Assembly (NCBI GenBank): GCA_034667725.1
Contig: JAXDQS010000010.1
Coordinates: forward strand, 384,001 to 448,000
Source: Thermoplasmata archaeon
GTDB lineage: Archaea; Thermoplasmatota; E2; JACPAO01; JAHFTW01
Direction of reading: 5' to 3'
DNA length: 64,000 bases
The translations under genes and the position numbers were made by a program. The notes under the pieces were generated by a model, which did no database searches, was not told the DNA's origin, and saw nothing but the letters and a program-made list of their open reading frames with translations. Shown piece after piece: positions 19,067 to 29,752 of this stretch (position 1 is its first letter; every line of letters starts with the position of its first letter).

Positions 19067-20725
19067 ATGCTCCCCCGCCTTCTCCCCTTCCTCTCCCTCG
19101 CCCTGCTTTTGTCTCCCGCCTTGGCCGTGCCCGCCGAGGCGCAGTCCGAGTTCCTCTACAAGTTCTCGATGGACCTGCCCTCCGAGCGGGCCGTGCTGCG
19201 CGCCCTCGGCCAGGCCCACGAGGTGAACATCACCTTCCACGACCGGTCCACGGACAACACCAACATCGTCCCCGGCCAGCCGAGCGCCATCACCACCAAC
19301 CGCCACATCACGACCTTCGAGATCACCTCAGGGCAGGAGGACGACGCCGGCTGGATCATCGCGGCCCAGCCCGGCTCCCTCACCACGCGGGGCGGCGACA
19401 CCAAGACCACCACCTTCCAGGTGTCGGTGCTGCCGGACGCCGAGAACCCGTACTTCACGGCCGTCGTGACGGCGCGCATCCAGACCTCCGCCGGCGTGTT
19501 CAACGCCACCGGCACCGTCCAGTTCTTCACCACCGGCATCCCCGGCTTCAACGTCCCGTACGGCAACAACATCCAGAGCCTGGGGCCGCGCGAGTCCGCC
19601 CAGGCAAGCCTGCGCGTGACCAACTTCGGCTCGCTGCCGCGCACCTTCGCCTTCGCGCTGGGCCAGAACGAGTGCGGCCTCAAGGTCGCGCCCCCCGTCG
19701 GCCTCACCATCCCCGGCTCCACCACCGTGGACGTGCCGTTCACCGTCCTCGGCCCGGACACCCGCTTCGACCCGCTCGGCATGGACACCCGGCTGTGCCG
19801 CATCGGCATCGACACCTACGCCGTCGACAACCCCGGCCAGGTCCGCAGCATGACGGTCTCGGCCAAGCTCGCCCCCGGCATCGCCATCGACCCGGTGCTG
19901 GTCTTCTGGCTCGTCGCCATCGCCGCGGCCATCCTGCTGCTGGTCCTGCTGCTGCGGCGCCGCAAGGAGAAGATCGAGGAGGAGATCCTCGGCAAGCCGC
20001 AGAAGCCCTGGACCATCCCGGTCGAGCAGGTGTACCTGCGCGAGCTCAAGGCCCGCGACCCCCGCGCCTGGTACGTCGTGCGCCACTTCCTCATGGAGGA
20101 CGAATACCGCAGCGCCCTCCTCTGGTACCGGGCCTACAAGAAAGGCACCAAGGGCGCCCGCCGCAAGGAAGCCCTCATCCTGCGCCAGGAGCACGCCTAC
20201 GACAAGTGGAAGGCCAAGTGGGCCAAGCGCATCGCCAAGCCCCTCACGGAGGCAGACCGGTTCGAGGCCAAGCTGCAACGCAAGCTCGACCGCCGCGCCC
20301 GCAAAGGCCACCGCAAGGCCCTCCGGGCCCACAAGAAGCAGGTCGCCAAGCTGCAGGCCAAGCAGGCCAAGGCCGTCGCCGCCGCCAAGGAGGCGCACGC
20401 CAAGGCCGTCGCGAAGGCCCAACGCAAGGACCGCCCCATCCCCGCCGCCCCCGACCTGCCCGTCCTGGCCCTGCCGCCGAAGCCCGAGCCACGCCCCGTC
20501 CGGCTGGCCGAGCACCGCTGGGCGAAGAAGGCCGCCCGGTTCCGGCGCCGCCGCGTCCGCGAGCAAGGCAACCTCGAGGTCAAGTTCGAGCGCCGGGACG
20601 CCCGCTACCTTGCCAAGCTGGCCCGCAAAGTGCGCCGCATCGCCCGCAAGCTCGACGACCCAGACTTCGTGGCGCAACACCCGCTATTGCGGGACGGGCC
20701 GGCGCAAGCCCGCAAGCACGCCTAG
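19067..20725 (+). CDS. Single-pass membrane protein with beta-rich ectodomain and long Lys/Arg-rich cytoplasmic tail
   Basis: Signal peptide; TM VLVFWLVAIAAAILLLVLLL-RRRK; KPWTIPVEQVYL...EDEYRSALLWY; basic tail. Confidence 0.8.
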   Translation: MLPRLLPFLSLALLLSPALAVPAEAQSEFLYKFSMDLPSERAVLRALGQAHEVNITFHDRSTDNTNIVPGQPSAITTNRHITTFEITSGQEDDAGWIIAAQPGSLTTRGGDTKTTTFQVSVLPDAENPYFTAVVTARIQTSAGVFNATGTVQFFTTGIPGFNVPYGNNIQSLGPRESAQASLRVTNFGSLPRTFAFALGQNECGLKVAPPVGLTIPGSTTVDVPFTVLGPDTRFDPLGMDTRLCRIGIDTYAVDNPGQVRSMTVSAKLAPGIAIDPVLVFWLVAIAAAILLLVLLLRRRKEKIEEEILGKPQKPWTIPVEQVYLRELKARDPRAWYVVRHFLMEDEYRSALLWYRAYKKGTKGARRKEALILRQEHAYDKWKAKWAKRIAKPLTEADRFEAKLQRKLDRRARKGHRKALRAHKKQVAKLQAKQAKAVAAAKEAHAKAVAKAQRKDRPIPAAPDLPVLALPPKPEPRPVRLAEHRWAKKAARFRRRRVREQGNLEVKFERRDARYLAKLARKVRRIARKLDDPDFVAQHPLLRDGPAQARKHA

Positions 20726-20745
20726 CCGCGAACGTCCGCCGAGCG

Positions 20746-21192
20746 TCAGCCGGGCAGCAGCTTCAGCCGCACCTTGCTGAGGTCGTAGCCCGCCGGGCAC
20801 GGCAGCGCCCCCTCGTCCTTTTCGATGGCGTAGCGCGCCCCCGACGGCGACGCGGCCGGATGGCACAACGCGTAGCTGGGGCACTCCGGCCGGGCGCAAG
20901 GCATGGCCGACCAGGTCGCCGCCGTGCCGCGCAGCAGCCGGGTCTCCAGGCTGGTGGCGACGGCGGCCGGCTCGACGGTGACGACATGAGCGCGGCCGCC
21001 ATCGTGCAAGGCGCAAGGATGGGTGACCTCGCGGACGCCCGTGACCTGGTAGGTGGCGCCCGCCTGAAGGCCGAAGCACATCTTCTGGAGGGGGCAGCCG
21101 GCGCATTCGGCGTCGGGTGCGGCGTTGGCGCCGCGGAACGTGAAGCGGGCGCCAGCGCTTGCCAGGGATTCTGGGACCAAGGTCAGGGTCAC
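20746..21192 (-). CDS. UPF0179 family protein
   Basis: ECAGCPLQKMC, HPCALHDG, CARPECPSYALC, CPAG pattern; GGAGG before GTG. Confidence 0.85.
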   Translation of the reverse strand: MTLTLVPESLASAGARFTFRGANAAPDAECAGCPLQKMCFGLQAGATYQVTGVREVTHPCALHDGGRAHVVTVEPAAVATSLETRLLRGTAATWSAMPCARPECPSYALCHPAASPSGARYAIEKDEGALPCPAGYDLSKVRLKLLPG

Positions 21193-21352
21193 GGCCGCCT
21201 CCGGCGTTGGGCAGGCTGGGCGGCATATCTGGCTTGTGGACGGAGACACTGACCTTTCCACTGGGTTCGTGGTTTTGGCAGCCTGTCCGAAAGCCTGAAG
21301 AAAACCGCCGGTTGTGCATTTTGCATCCCTCAAAGCAGGGCTTTGGCGATTC

Positions 21353-22615
21353 ATGAAGTCCAGGATTTTTGCCTTCAGTGCAACGGTGGCCCTGCTCCTC
21401 CCGATGGCCGCGACGCTGGCTCCGTCTGCATCCGCCTTGACGGCGCCGGTCTACGTCTGCCCGGACGGAACCTGGGACCTTATCCGGACGGCAGGTGGCA
21501 CGCATGCCATCAACGTGTTCCAAAAGCGACAGTCGCCTGCCCAAGTGGCGACCCGAGTCCCCGTTTCGGTCGCCATTGGCTGGGAGCACGCCAACGACTT
21601 CTCGAAAATCCTCCAGACCATCGAAATCGACAGCAATCTAGGCGGTTCCCACACGACGGTGCATAGGACCTTCGTCAACGACAACGACTTCTTCCAAGAC
21701 GCCTGCGGCACGCCGATCAAGTTCAACATGGGCGACCAATTGGGCGCTGCGGGCTGGATCGACATCACGCTTCACAACAGCCTGCTCGTCGAGACCAAGA
21801 CAAGCTCGACCACCTTTGCAAGCAGTGTGGAGGAGTTCACCTCGACCTCGCCAACCGGGACGGTCATGGCCAAGTTCACGCCCACCGGCATCGGCGGGAC
21901 CGAGGTTTCCTACTCGGAGACGCGCACCTATGGGAGCTCCTTTGCGAGGTCGCACGAGAGCGGCGCGAGCGTCGCGGTCACGGCCACCCTTTACACGGCG
22001 CACACGGTCGTCGTGGTCGGCGGCGGTCCTGCGGACTACGTGACCGACCAAGTGGACTACTTGGCAGGCGAGGTCCCCGCCGCTTGCAAGTCGGGGACAG
22101 AAGCGCCCCGGCTCTGGACCGTGGATTCTGTCCAGATGGACCCAAGCCGTTCGATTCTGGCCTGGCGCCTTTCGGATGGCGCGGACGGCTTGCGCTATGG
22201 CTGGACGGTCCTCCCAACGGCCTCGCCTGGATTCCAGACACCAAATTTCTTCGAGGCGGCCTTGGCGTCCGATTCCGGCGACGAGACCTCCACGACGACG
22301 CGCAGCACCGATGCCTGCGGCGACCTTTCCGCTTCGGACACCGACGGCGGCACCCTCACTTTCAAGTGGCTGAAGCTGGCGGACTTTGAGGCAACGCGCG
22401 CAGGCTCGGAGGGAGCATGGGTCTCGGCGGGCGTGGACCTTCAAGGAGCGTTTGACGGGGACGCTTTCGCGCTCGATGCGGTGTCCACCACATACAGCAC
22501 CCAGCCTGCGACCACCACGCAATCCATGTCCGCATCGTTGGGCGAAAGTGGAACGTGGGCGATGGCCCGCGGCGCCGTCCGTTATGAGAGCGGCGTTTCG
22601 TCGGTGACCTTCTGA
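21353..22615 (+). CDS. Secreted Ser/Thr-rich protein, candidate beta-pore-forming toxin
   Basis: Signal peptide; amphipathic hairpin-like TGTVMAKFTPTGIGGTEVSYSETRTYGSS within Ser/Thr tracts; A/T-richer codons. Toxin function is inference. Confidence 0.6.
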   Translation: MKSRIFAFSATVALLLPMAATLAPSASALTAPVYVCPDGTWDLIRTAGGTHAINVFQKRQSPAQVATRVPVSVAIGWEHANDFSKILQTIEIDSNLGGSHTTVHRTFVNDNDFFQDACGTPIKFNMGDQLGAAGWIDITLHNSLLVETKTSSTTFASSVEEFTSTSPTGTVMAKFTPTGIGGTEVSYSETRTYGSSFARSHESGASVAVTATLYTAHTVVVVGGGPADYVTDQVDYLAGEVPAACKSGTEAPRLWTVDSVQMDPSRSILAWRLSDGADGLRYGWTVLPTASPGFQTPNFFEAALASDSGDETSTTTRSTDACGDLSASDTDGGTLTFKWLKLADFEATRAGSEGAWVSAGVDLQGAFDGDAFALDAVSTTYSTQPATTTQSMSASLGESGTWAMARGAVRYESGVSSVTF

Positions 22616-23382
22616 TGCAGGGCAGCCGGCGGTTGCGCACCATCGCCTTGAGGGCACTGCCGGCCAGCATGGCCCTTCTCCTCCTGCTTCCGGGATGCCT
22701 GGAGGAGCCTCAGAAGGGCGACGGGGCGTCCGTCCATGCGCCCTACGACAAGTGCGCAACCCGCCTCGGAGGCTACAATGTCACTTGCACCGCCTGGCAG
22801 CCGCCGGCAGCAAGCCAGGAAAACGTCCCCGACGGCTGGGAGTGCATCGGCGTCCAAGAGCGGGACCAGGTCGTCCATCGGCTATGGCGGTCGTCCACCG
22901 ACGAAGTGGGCCTGGAGATGGCGTTCGACGGGCCGGAGAAGTTCCACGACCAACACGGCACCCTGGATGTTTCCTGGGGAGGGGGACCTGCGAGCCGGGT
23001 TTGGCTTCACATCGGCAAGCACGCCTTCGTCCCCCTCGGGCCCGCAGCCGGGTCCTTCGTCTCCATCGAGGCCAAGACGTTCTCCTTCGTGGCGACCGCC
23101 GACCCCGGCTGGGAGCCAGAGGTTCGGATGCAGGCGGTGGAGGACGCCGCCTGGTACACGCTCGAGGTCGCCTCGGCGTCGGAGGCCCTCTTCCTTCACC
23201 CGATGGAAATGGACTCTGCGGGGAAGCCGTTCCCTTCCTTGGGCCAAAACCAATGGAACCTCACGGACCTCGTCGTGGACCTCGAAGTCGCGCAGACGCG
23301 GGGGGACGGCTTCACGTTCGAGGTTCCTGAGCGGCCGCCCGTGCCTGTGCAAAACCCCTTGGAAAACCCTCCATGCGGTTGA
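22615..23382 (+). CDS. Lipoprotein translationally coupled to the upstream secreted protein
   Basis: TGATG overlap; MALLLLLPGC lipobox. Confidence 0.7.
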   Translation: MQGSRRLRTIALRALPASMALLLLLPGCLEEPQKGDGASVHAPYDKCATRLGGYNVTCTAWQPPAASQENVPDGWECIGVQERDQVVHRLWRSSTDEVGLEMAFDGPEKFHDQHGTLDVSWGGGPASRVWLHIGKHAFVPLGPAAGSFVSIEAKTFSFVATADPGWEPEVRMQAVEDAAWYTLEVASASEALFLHPMEMDSAGKPFPSLGQNQWNLTDLVVDLEVAQTRGDGFTFEVPERPPVPVQNPLENPPCG

Positions 23383-23450
23383 AGCGGACGGGCGTCATGG
23401 GGCCGCCCACGCCGACCGGCGCCCTCTTGTGCGCCCCCCGCTAGGGCTCC

Positions 23451-24623
23451 ATGCCCATGCCTCGCGTCGCCTTGGTGGCCGCCGGGATGTCCAGGTTCGG
23501 CAACCGCCCCGAGGCGACTCCGAAGGCGTTGTGGCGGGAGGCTTGGGCGGAGATGGCGGCCCGCGCGCCCGGGTGGGACGGCCGCGCCGACGAGGCCTGG
23601 ATCGGCACGGTGGGCTTCGGCGGCCATCAGCCCGGCAACTCGGCCGCCCTGTTCCTGGAAGGCACGCCGAGCCAGGGCGCCCCCTCGCACCGGGTCGAGA
23701 ACGCCTGCGCCTCCTCCGGCTTCGCGCTTCGCGATGCCTGGCTTGCGGTCCGTAGCGGCGAGGCGGAGGTGGCCCTCGCGGGCGGGGTCGAGTCGATGAA
23801 TCCCTTCAGCAAGGCGCACCGCGGTTCCTGGCTCGGGGTTTCCGGTGACACCGAGGTCGAGCGCGCCTCCGGCCTCACCTTCCCTGGCGTCTACGCCATG
23901 ATGGCGCGCGCCCACATGCAGCGGTTCGGCACGACCCGCGAGCACCTGGCCGCCGTCGCCGTCAAGAACCACCTGCACGGCGCCGCCAATCCGCACGCCC
24001 AGTTCCAGAAGGCCACCACGATGGAGAAGGCGCTCGCCGCCCCCATGGTCGCGGACCCGCTCGGCTTGTTCGACTGCTGCAGCACCACCGACGGCGCCGC
24101 CGCCGTCCTCCTGGTGGCCGAGTCCCGCGCCGCCGCGTTCACGGACCATCCCATCTGGATCACCGGCAGCGCCGCCGCCACCGACACGCTGGCGCTCCAT
24201 GACCGCGCCGAACTGTGGGGGATGCCCGCCGCCCGCGCCGCCGCCCAGAAGGCGCTCGCCATGGCTGGCTGGACGCCCGGCGACCTCGACTTCGCGGAGG
24301 TCCACGACTGCTTCACCATCGCGGAGTTGATGGCCATCGAAGCGATCGGCCTCGTGCCGCAAGGCGAAGCCGGCCCCGCCACCCTCGCCGGCCGCACTGG
24401 CCTCGCCGGCGACCTCGCCGCCATCAACCCAAGCGGCGGCCTCAAGGCCAAGGGCCACCCGCTCGGCGCCACGGGCGCAGGCCAGGTCGTCGAGGTGTTC
24501 GAGCAGTTCCACGGCCTCGCCGGCGCCCGCACGGTGAAGGACGCGCGCACGGCGCTCACCCACAACGTGGGCGGCAGCGGCGCCACCGTCGCGGTGCACG
24601 CCTTCGAGAAGGGGTGGGCCTAG
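23451..24623 (+). CDS. Archaeal-type thiolase (acetyl-CoA C-acetyltransferase)
   Basis: ENACASSG, EVHDCFT, NPSGGLKAKGHPLGATG, HNVGG. Confidence 0.93.
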   Translation: MPMPRVALVAAGMSRFGNRPEATPKALWREAWAEMAARAPGWDGRADEAWIGTVGFGGHQPGNSAALFLEGTPSQGAPSHRVENACASSGFALRDAWLAVRSGEAEVALAGGVESMNPFSKAHRGSWLGVSGDTEVERASGLTFPGVYAMMARAHMQRFGTTREHLAAVAVKNHLHGAANPHAQFQKATTMEKALAAPMVADPLGLFDCCSTTDGAAAVLLVAESRAAAFTDHPIWITGSAAATDTLALHDRAELWGMPAARAAAQKALAMAGWTPGDLDFAEVHDCFTIAELMAIEAIGLVPQGEAGPATLAGRTGLAGDLAAINPSGGLKAKGHPLGATGAGQVVEVFEQFHGLAGARTVKDARTALTHNVGGSGATVAVHAFEKGWA

Positions 24624-25339
24624 TGTCGTTCACGCTCGCGGCCCCCCGCTGCAAGCGCGGCCAGAAACTCGCCTTCGGCTTCGACGAGGACGACCTCACG
24701 CTCGCCTGGGACGCCGTGCGCAAGGCCAGCCTGCCCGCCGGCGCCCGCGTGGACGCCGCCGGCCTCGCGGTCCCGCCCTGGTTCTTCGCCGGCCTGGGCC
24801 TGGTCGCGGCCCCCGACGCAGCGCTCGTGCTGCGTCCGGTCGCCACCACCGTCGGCCCCACCGTCGTCCTGCACGGCCGGGACGCGGCGCCCGACGTCGA
24901 GCACGCCGCCCGCGCCGCCTACGCGCTCGCGCCCACGCGCCCGGAGGCGCCGTGGCAGGCGCAGCGCGTGGCGCGCGACGGCCCCGACACCGAGGCCGAC
25001 TTCCCGCTGGGCGCCTTTGTGACCCAGGCCCGCCACGACGAGGTCACGGCGCGCCGCATGGCGCTCCCCGAAGGCACGGTGCTCAGTTGGACGACCATCG
25101 GGGCGGGCGCCGCGCCCACCGAGTTCGCCCGTCTGCAGGCCGCCGTCGGCGCTTACCACGCCGTCCTCGTCGGCTTCCCCGACGGCGCCCGCACCGTCGG
25201 CCTGTGGACCGAGGAGGCGCCGCCCGCGACGGGCGACGCAGCGCGGCCGGTGCTGCGGCGGCTGTTCCGCACGCAGGGCGCATGGCGCCACGGGGTCAAG
25301 TTCGGGCCACCCGACGACGGGCGCACCCGGTCTTTTTGA
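24623..25339 (+). CDS. Degenerate HMG-CoA-synthase-like N-terminus fused to a DUF35-type OB domain lacking the Zn ribbon
   Basis: DEDDLTLAWDA; GTVLSWTTIGAGAAPTEF...RRLFRTQGAWRHGVKF; coupled to thiolase. Confidence 0.7.
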   Translation: MSFTLAAPRCKRGQKLAFGFDEDDLTLAWDAVRKASLPAGARVDAAGLAVPPWFFAGLGLVAAPDAALVLRPVATTVGPTVVLHGRDAAPDVEHAARAAYALAPTRPEAPWQAQRVARDGPDTEADFPLGAFVTQARHDEVTARRMALPEGTVLSWTTIGAGAAPTEFARLQAAVGAYHAVLVGFPDGARTVGLWTEEAPPATGDAARPVLRRLFRTQGAWRHGVKFGPPDDGRTRSF

Positions 25340-25377
25340 AGCGCATCCTGTCGCAACAGGGGAAGGTGCGCGTCAGC

Positions 25378-25432
25378 GCCGCCGAAGCGAAAGCGAGGCG
25401 ACCGGCCTGCCGAGCGCGAAGCAGCGAGGCAG
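25378..25432 (+). repeat. Tandem-GA hairpin pair related to the 11 kb and 48 kb elements
   Basis: CGCC-GAA-GCGAAAGC-GA-GGCG and CTGCC-GA-...-GA-GGCAG. Confidence 0.5.
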
Positions 25433-25501
25433 TCCAACATGCCGGCTGGGTTTGCAGCCGCACCCCAACCATTTAGAAGCGGCCCTTTCCTCGCGCACGC
25501 A

Positions 25502-26770
<1,269 letters not shown>

Positions 26771-26826
26771 GCGCCGCGCCGCCCGCGCCAGCCTAAATAC
26801 ATCGTCCCCTTCGAACGAACGTAAGG

Positions 26827-28392
26827 ATGGCCGCCATCCCCGCGCCCCGTGCGCTCCTTTCGGTCTCCGACAAGACCGGCCTCGTCGAGTTCGCGACCCG
26901 CCTGTCGCGCCTCGGCCTCCACCTCGTCTCCACCGGCGGCACCGCCAAGGCCCTGCGCGACGCCGGCCTCGCCGTCCAGGACGTCTCCGAGCTCACCGGC
27001 TTCCCCGAGATGATGGAGGGCCGCGTCAAGACCCTGCACCCCAACATCGCCGGCGGCATCCTGGCCAAGCGCGACGACGCCACCCACACGGCCGCGATGC
27101 AGCGGCACGGCATGGTGCCCATCGACGTGGTCGCCGTCAACCTCTACCCGTTCGAGGAGGCGGCGAGCAAGGACGGCGCGTCGCTTGGAGAGTTGGTGGA
27201 GCAGATCGACATCGGCGGCCCCAGCCTGGTCCGAGCGGCCGCGAAGAACCACGCCCACGTCCTCGTCGTCACCGACCCCGCGCAGTATGGCCGCGTCGCG
27301 GAGGCGCTGGAGGCCGGCAAGGTGGACGGGGCGCTGCGGCAAGAATTGGCGCTGCGGGCGTTCCAGCACACGGCCCGCTACGACGCCATCATCGCGCGCG
27401 CCCTGTCGAAGCGGTTCGGCCTCACCGACTACCCCGAGCACCTGGTGTTCGCGTTCGACCGGCGCGAGACGCTACGCTACGGCGAGAACGACCACCAGCG
27501 CGCCGCGTTCTACGAGAAGGCCGGCCCCCGCAACGTCGCCGAGCCGTCGATAATCAAGAGCCGGCAGCTGCACGGCAAGCAACTCAGCTACAACAACATC
27601 CTCGACGCCGACGTCGCGCTGGAGTGCGTCAAGGAGTTCCCCGAGAAGCCGACCTGCGTCATCGTCAAGCACGCCACCCCGTGCGGCATCGCGACCGCGG
27701 CGACGCTGCACCAAGCCTACCAGGACGCCCTCGCCTGCGACCCGTACTCCCCGTTCGGCGGCATCGTGGCCGTCAACCGGCGCCTCGACCTCGCCACCGC
27801 GCAAGCCCTCGGCGAGCTGTTCCTCGAAATCATCGTGGCGCCCGGCTTCGCGCCCGACGCCCTCGCCCACCTCCAGAAAAAGAAGAACCTCCGCCTCCTC
27901 GAAGTGGTCGGCCTCGACGGCCCCTACCGCCGCAGCGGCACCCAGATCCGCAGCGTCACCGGCGGCCTCCTGGTGCAGGACCGCGACCTCAAGCCCTACG
28001 ACACCAACAACTGGAAGACCGTCACCAAGGCCCAGCCAAGCACCGCGCAACTGGAGTCGCTGCTATTCGCGGCGCGCTGCGTCAAGTACGTCCGCTCGAA
28101 CGCCGTCGTCTTCGTCCAAGGCACCCGCACCGTCGGCATCGGCGGCGGCCAGACCGCCCGCGTGGACTCGACCTTCATCGCGACCCACAAGGGCGCCGAC
28201 CGCATCCAAGGCAGCGTCCTGGCCAGCGACGCATTCTTCCCGTTCCGCGACGCCGTCGATGTTGCCGCCAAGCACGGGGTCGCCGCCATCGTGCAGCCCG
28301 GCGGCTCGATCCGCGACGCCGAGGTCATCCAGGCCGCCGACGAGCACGGCATCGCCATGGTGTTCTCGGGCCAGCGGTCGTTCCGCCACTAA
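26827..28392 (+). CDS. purH: Bifunctional AICAR transformylase/IMP cyclohydrolase
   Basis: ALLSVSDKTG, GRVKTLHP, IDIGGPSLVRAAAKN, LRYGEN, ASDAFFPF, QPGGS. Confidence 0.98.
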   Translation: MAAIPAPRALLSVSDKTGLVEFATRLSRLGLHLVSTGGTAKALRDAGLAVQDVSELTGFPEMMEGRVKTLHPNIAGGILAKRDDATHTAAMQRHGMVPIDVVAVNLYPFEEAASKDGASLGELVEQIDIGGPSLVRAAAKNHAHVLVVTDPAQYGRVAEALEAGKVDGALRQELALRAFQHTARYDAIIARALSKRFGLTDYPEHLVFAFDRRETLRYGENDHQRAAFYEKAGPRNVAEPSIIKSRQLHGKQLSYNNILDADVALECVKEFPEKPTCVIVKHATPCGIATAATLHQAYQDALACDPYSPFGGIVAVNRRLDLATAQALGELFLEIIVAPGFAPDALAHLQKKKNLRLLEVVGLDGPYRRSGTQIRSVTGGLLVQDRDLKPYDTNNWKTVTKAQPSTAQLESLLFAARCVKYVRSNAVVFVQGTRTVGIGGGQTARVDSTFIATHKGADRIQGSVLASDAFFPFRDAVDVAAKHGVAAIVQPGGSIRDAEVIQAADEHGIAMVFSGQRSFRH

Positions 28393-28423
28393 GCCTCAAG
28401 GCCCCCAACGGCTCCCGGGACCC

Positions 28424-28765
28424 ATGGACCTCGACGCCCGCACCCGCCAGTTCCTGGCGCACCTGCAATCGGGCGAGGAGACCGCGACCCTCGCGTTGGT
28501 CGCTCCCGACTGCATGGTGACCTTCAACGGCAAGGCGATGGCCGCCGCCAAGGCCATCCCGAAGGCGCTCGGACTGGTGGGCGGCCGCGGCATCCGCATC
28601 GAGGTCGTCGAGCTCATGGTCAAGCGCAATGTCGTCTTCACCCAATGGCGCGCGCTGCTCGCGCCGGACATGCCGGTGGCGCGTGGGCTCTTGGTGCTGT
28701 CGTGGGACCAGGACGGCCGCGTGGCGAACGCGAACGTCGATGCGCAGGTCGAGTCGCTGGGATGA
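28424..28765 (+). CDS. Small SnoaL/NTF2-like protein
   Basis: Size and helix-then-strand pattern ending WDQDGRV. Confidence 0.55.
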   Translation: MDLDARTRQFLAHLQSGEETATLALVAPDCMVTFNGKAMAAAKAIPKALGLVGGRGIRIEVVELMVKRNVVFTQWRALLAPDMPVARGLLVLSWDQDGRVANANVDAQVESLG

Positions 28766-28768
28766 GGC

Positions 28769-29752
28769 TCAGACGCAGGTTTTCCCAAGGCCCGCGAACG
28801 GATCCTGGACAGCGCCCATGGTCGCCTTGAGGGGCGCGTCTTCCTCGTAAGGAGAGGCCCGGACGGTCTGGGTCATCCAATCCATCCACGCGGTCGGGTG
28901 GTAGGGAGCGCCTGCCCCTTCGCCGTTCTGGCTACGGACAATCCACTCCATCTCGGACTGCTTTGCGAGCGCGCCGGGCCACCAGCCGAGCGAGACGAAC
29001 AGGTCGTAGGACGGGATGGAGCTCTTCTGGAGACGGCCGATGGGCGTGGACAGCAGGAGGTCTGGAGACTCGGCGGCAAGCGCGCGGCCCTGGGTCACGT
29101 AGGGCGACTCCTGGAAACTCACAAGTTCGCAGGACGAAGAGCCCGTCAAGATTGGCTCGAACAGCTCGGCGACCATGCCATCGCCGCGGACCACGAGCAG
29201 GTTCAGCAAGGCGTTGTGCAGGGAGGAGGTCGAGTTTCGGGCAAGGTAATCCTTCCAAAGCATGTCCACCGTCATCAGCGACGCCTTGTGCCACTCATGC
29301 ATTTCCATGAGGCCCGCCAAGGTCTCCGCGTGCAGCTTGGTCCCGTCCCAACGGAACCTGGCGACCACGCCGCGCTCGTGCTCCAAGGCGTCCTGTGCTT
29401 CGGCGAGCAGGGACGCATAGCCCTCGTGGTCGGGGGCGTTGGCCACGAACTTTGCCTCCAAGGCGGGGAGCGGAGCACGGTTGCGGTGGCTGCAAGAACC
29501 ATGGGCACGCCACAGCCGGGCCAAGGGATTCTCCTGCGCCGACTCCTGGTTCAAAGGGAGGTCGCAAGTCGTGTTGAAGCCCTGCGCGACCGCTAGCAAC
29601 CGGTCCGCCATTCCAGAAAAATCAGGTGCCGGACCGACGGTGGGCGGGTCCTCTGGGACGTAGGGCGGCGACTCTGGTTCGGGTTGGACGGCCAAGACGA
29701 CGGCGAGCAGGACGCAAGCCGCGGCGGCGGCCTTAGTGAATCTCGCCCACAT
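28769..29752 (-). CDS. Membrane-anchored/exported helical protein, partner of the upstream secreted protein
   Basis: N-terminal hydrophobic AAAAACVLLAVVLAV; 20-bp overlap with upstream gene; A/T-richer codons. Confidence 0.6.
   Translation of the reverse strand: MWARFTKAAAAACVLLAVVLAVQPEPESPPYVPEDPPTVGPAPDFSGMADRLLAVAQGFNTTCDLPLNQESAQENPLARLWRAHGSCSHRNRAPLPALEAKFVANAPDHEGYASLLAEAQDALEHERGVVARFRWDGTKLHAETLAGLMEMHEWHKASLMTVDMLWKDYLARNSTSSLHNALLNLLVVRGDGMVAELFEPILTGSSSCELVSFQESPYVTQGRALAAESPDLLLSTPIGRLQKSSIPSYDLFVSLGWWPGALAKQSEMEWIVRSQNGEGAGAPYHPTAWMDWMTQTVRASPYEEDAPLKATMGAVQDPFAGLGKTCV

Noticed and set aside
17188-21252. Very long ORFs in the track (17188-21252, 38966-42961, 106-2418 and similar)
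   Set aside because: Arg/Pro/Gly-rich off-frame or antisense shadows of real genes, expected at this GC content.
21301-21310. AAAACCGCCG upstream of both secreted-protein islands (also minus strand near 31111-31120)
   Set aside because: Only 10 bp in two places with different spacing to the start codon; could be chance.
26827-28392. Bacterial-type PurH as a novel transfer
   Set aside because: PurH is known in several archaeal groups and its codon usage matches the host.
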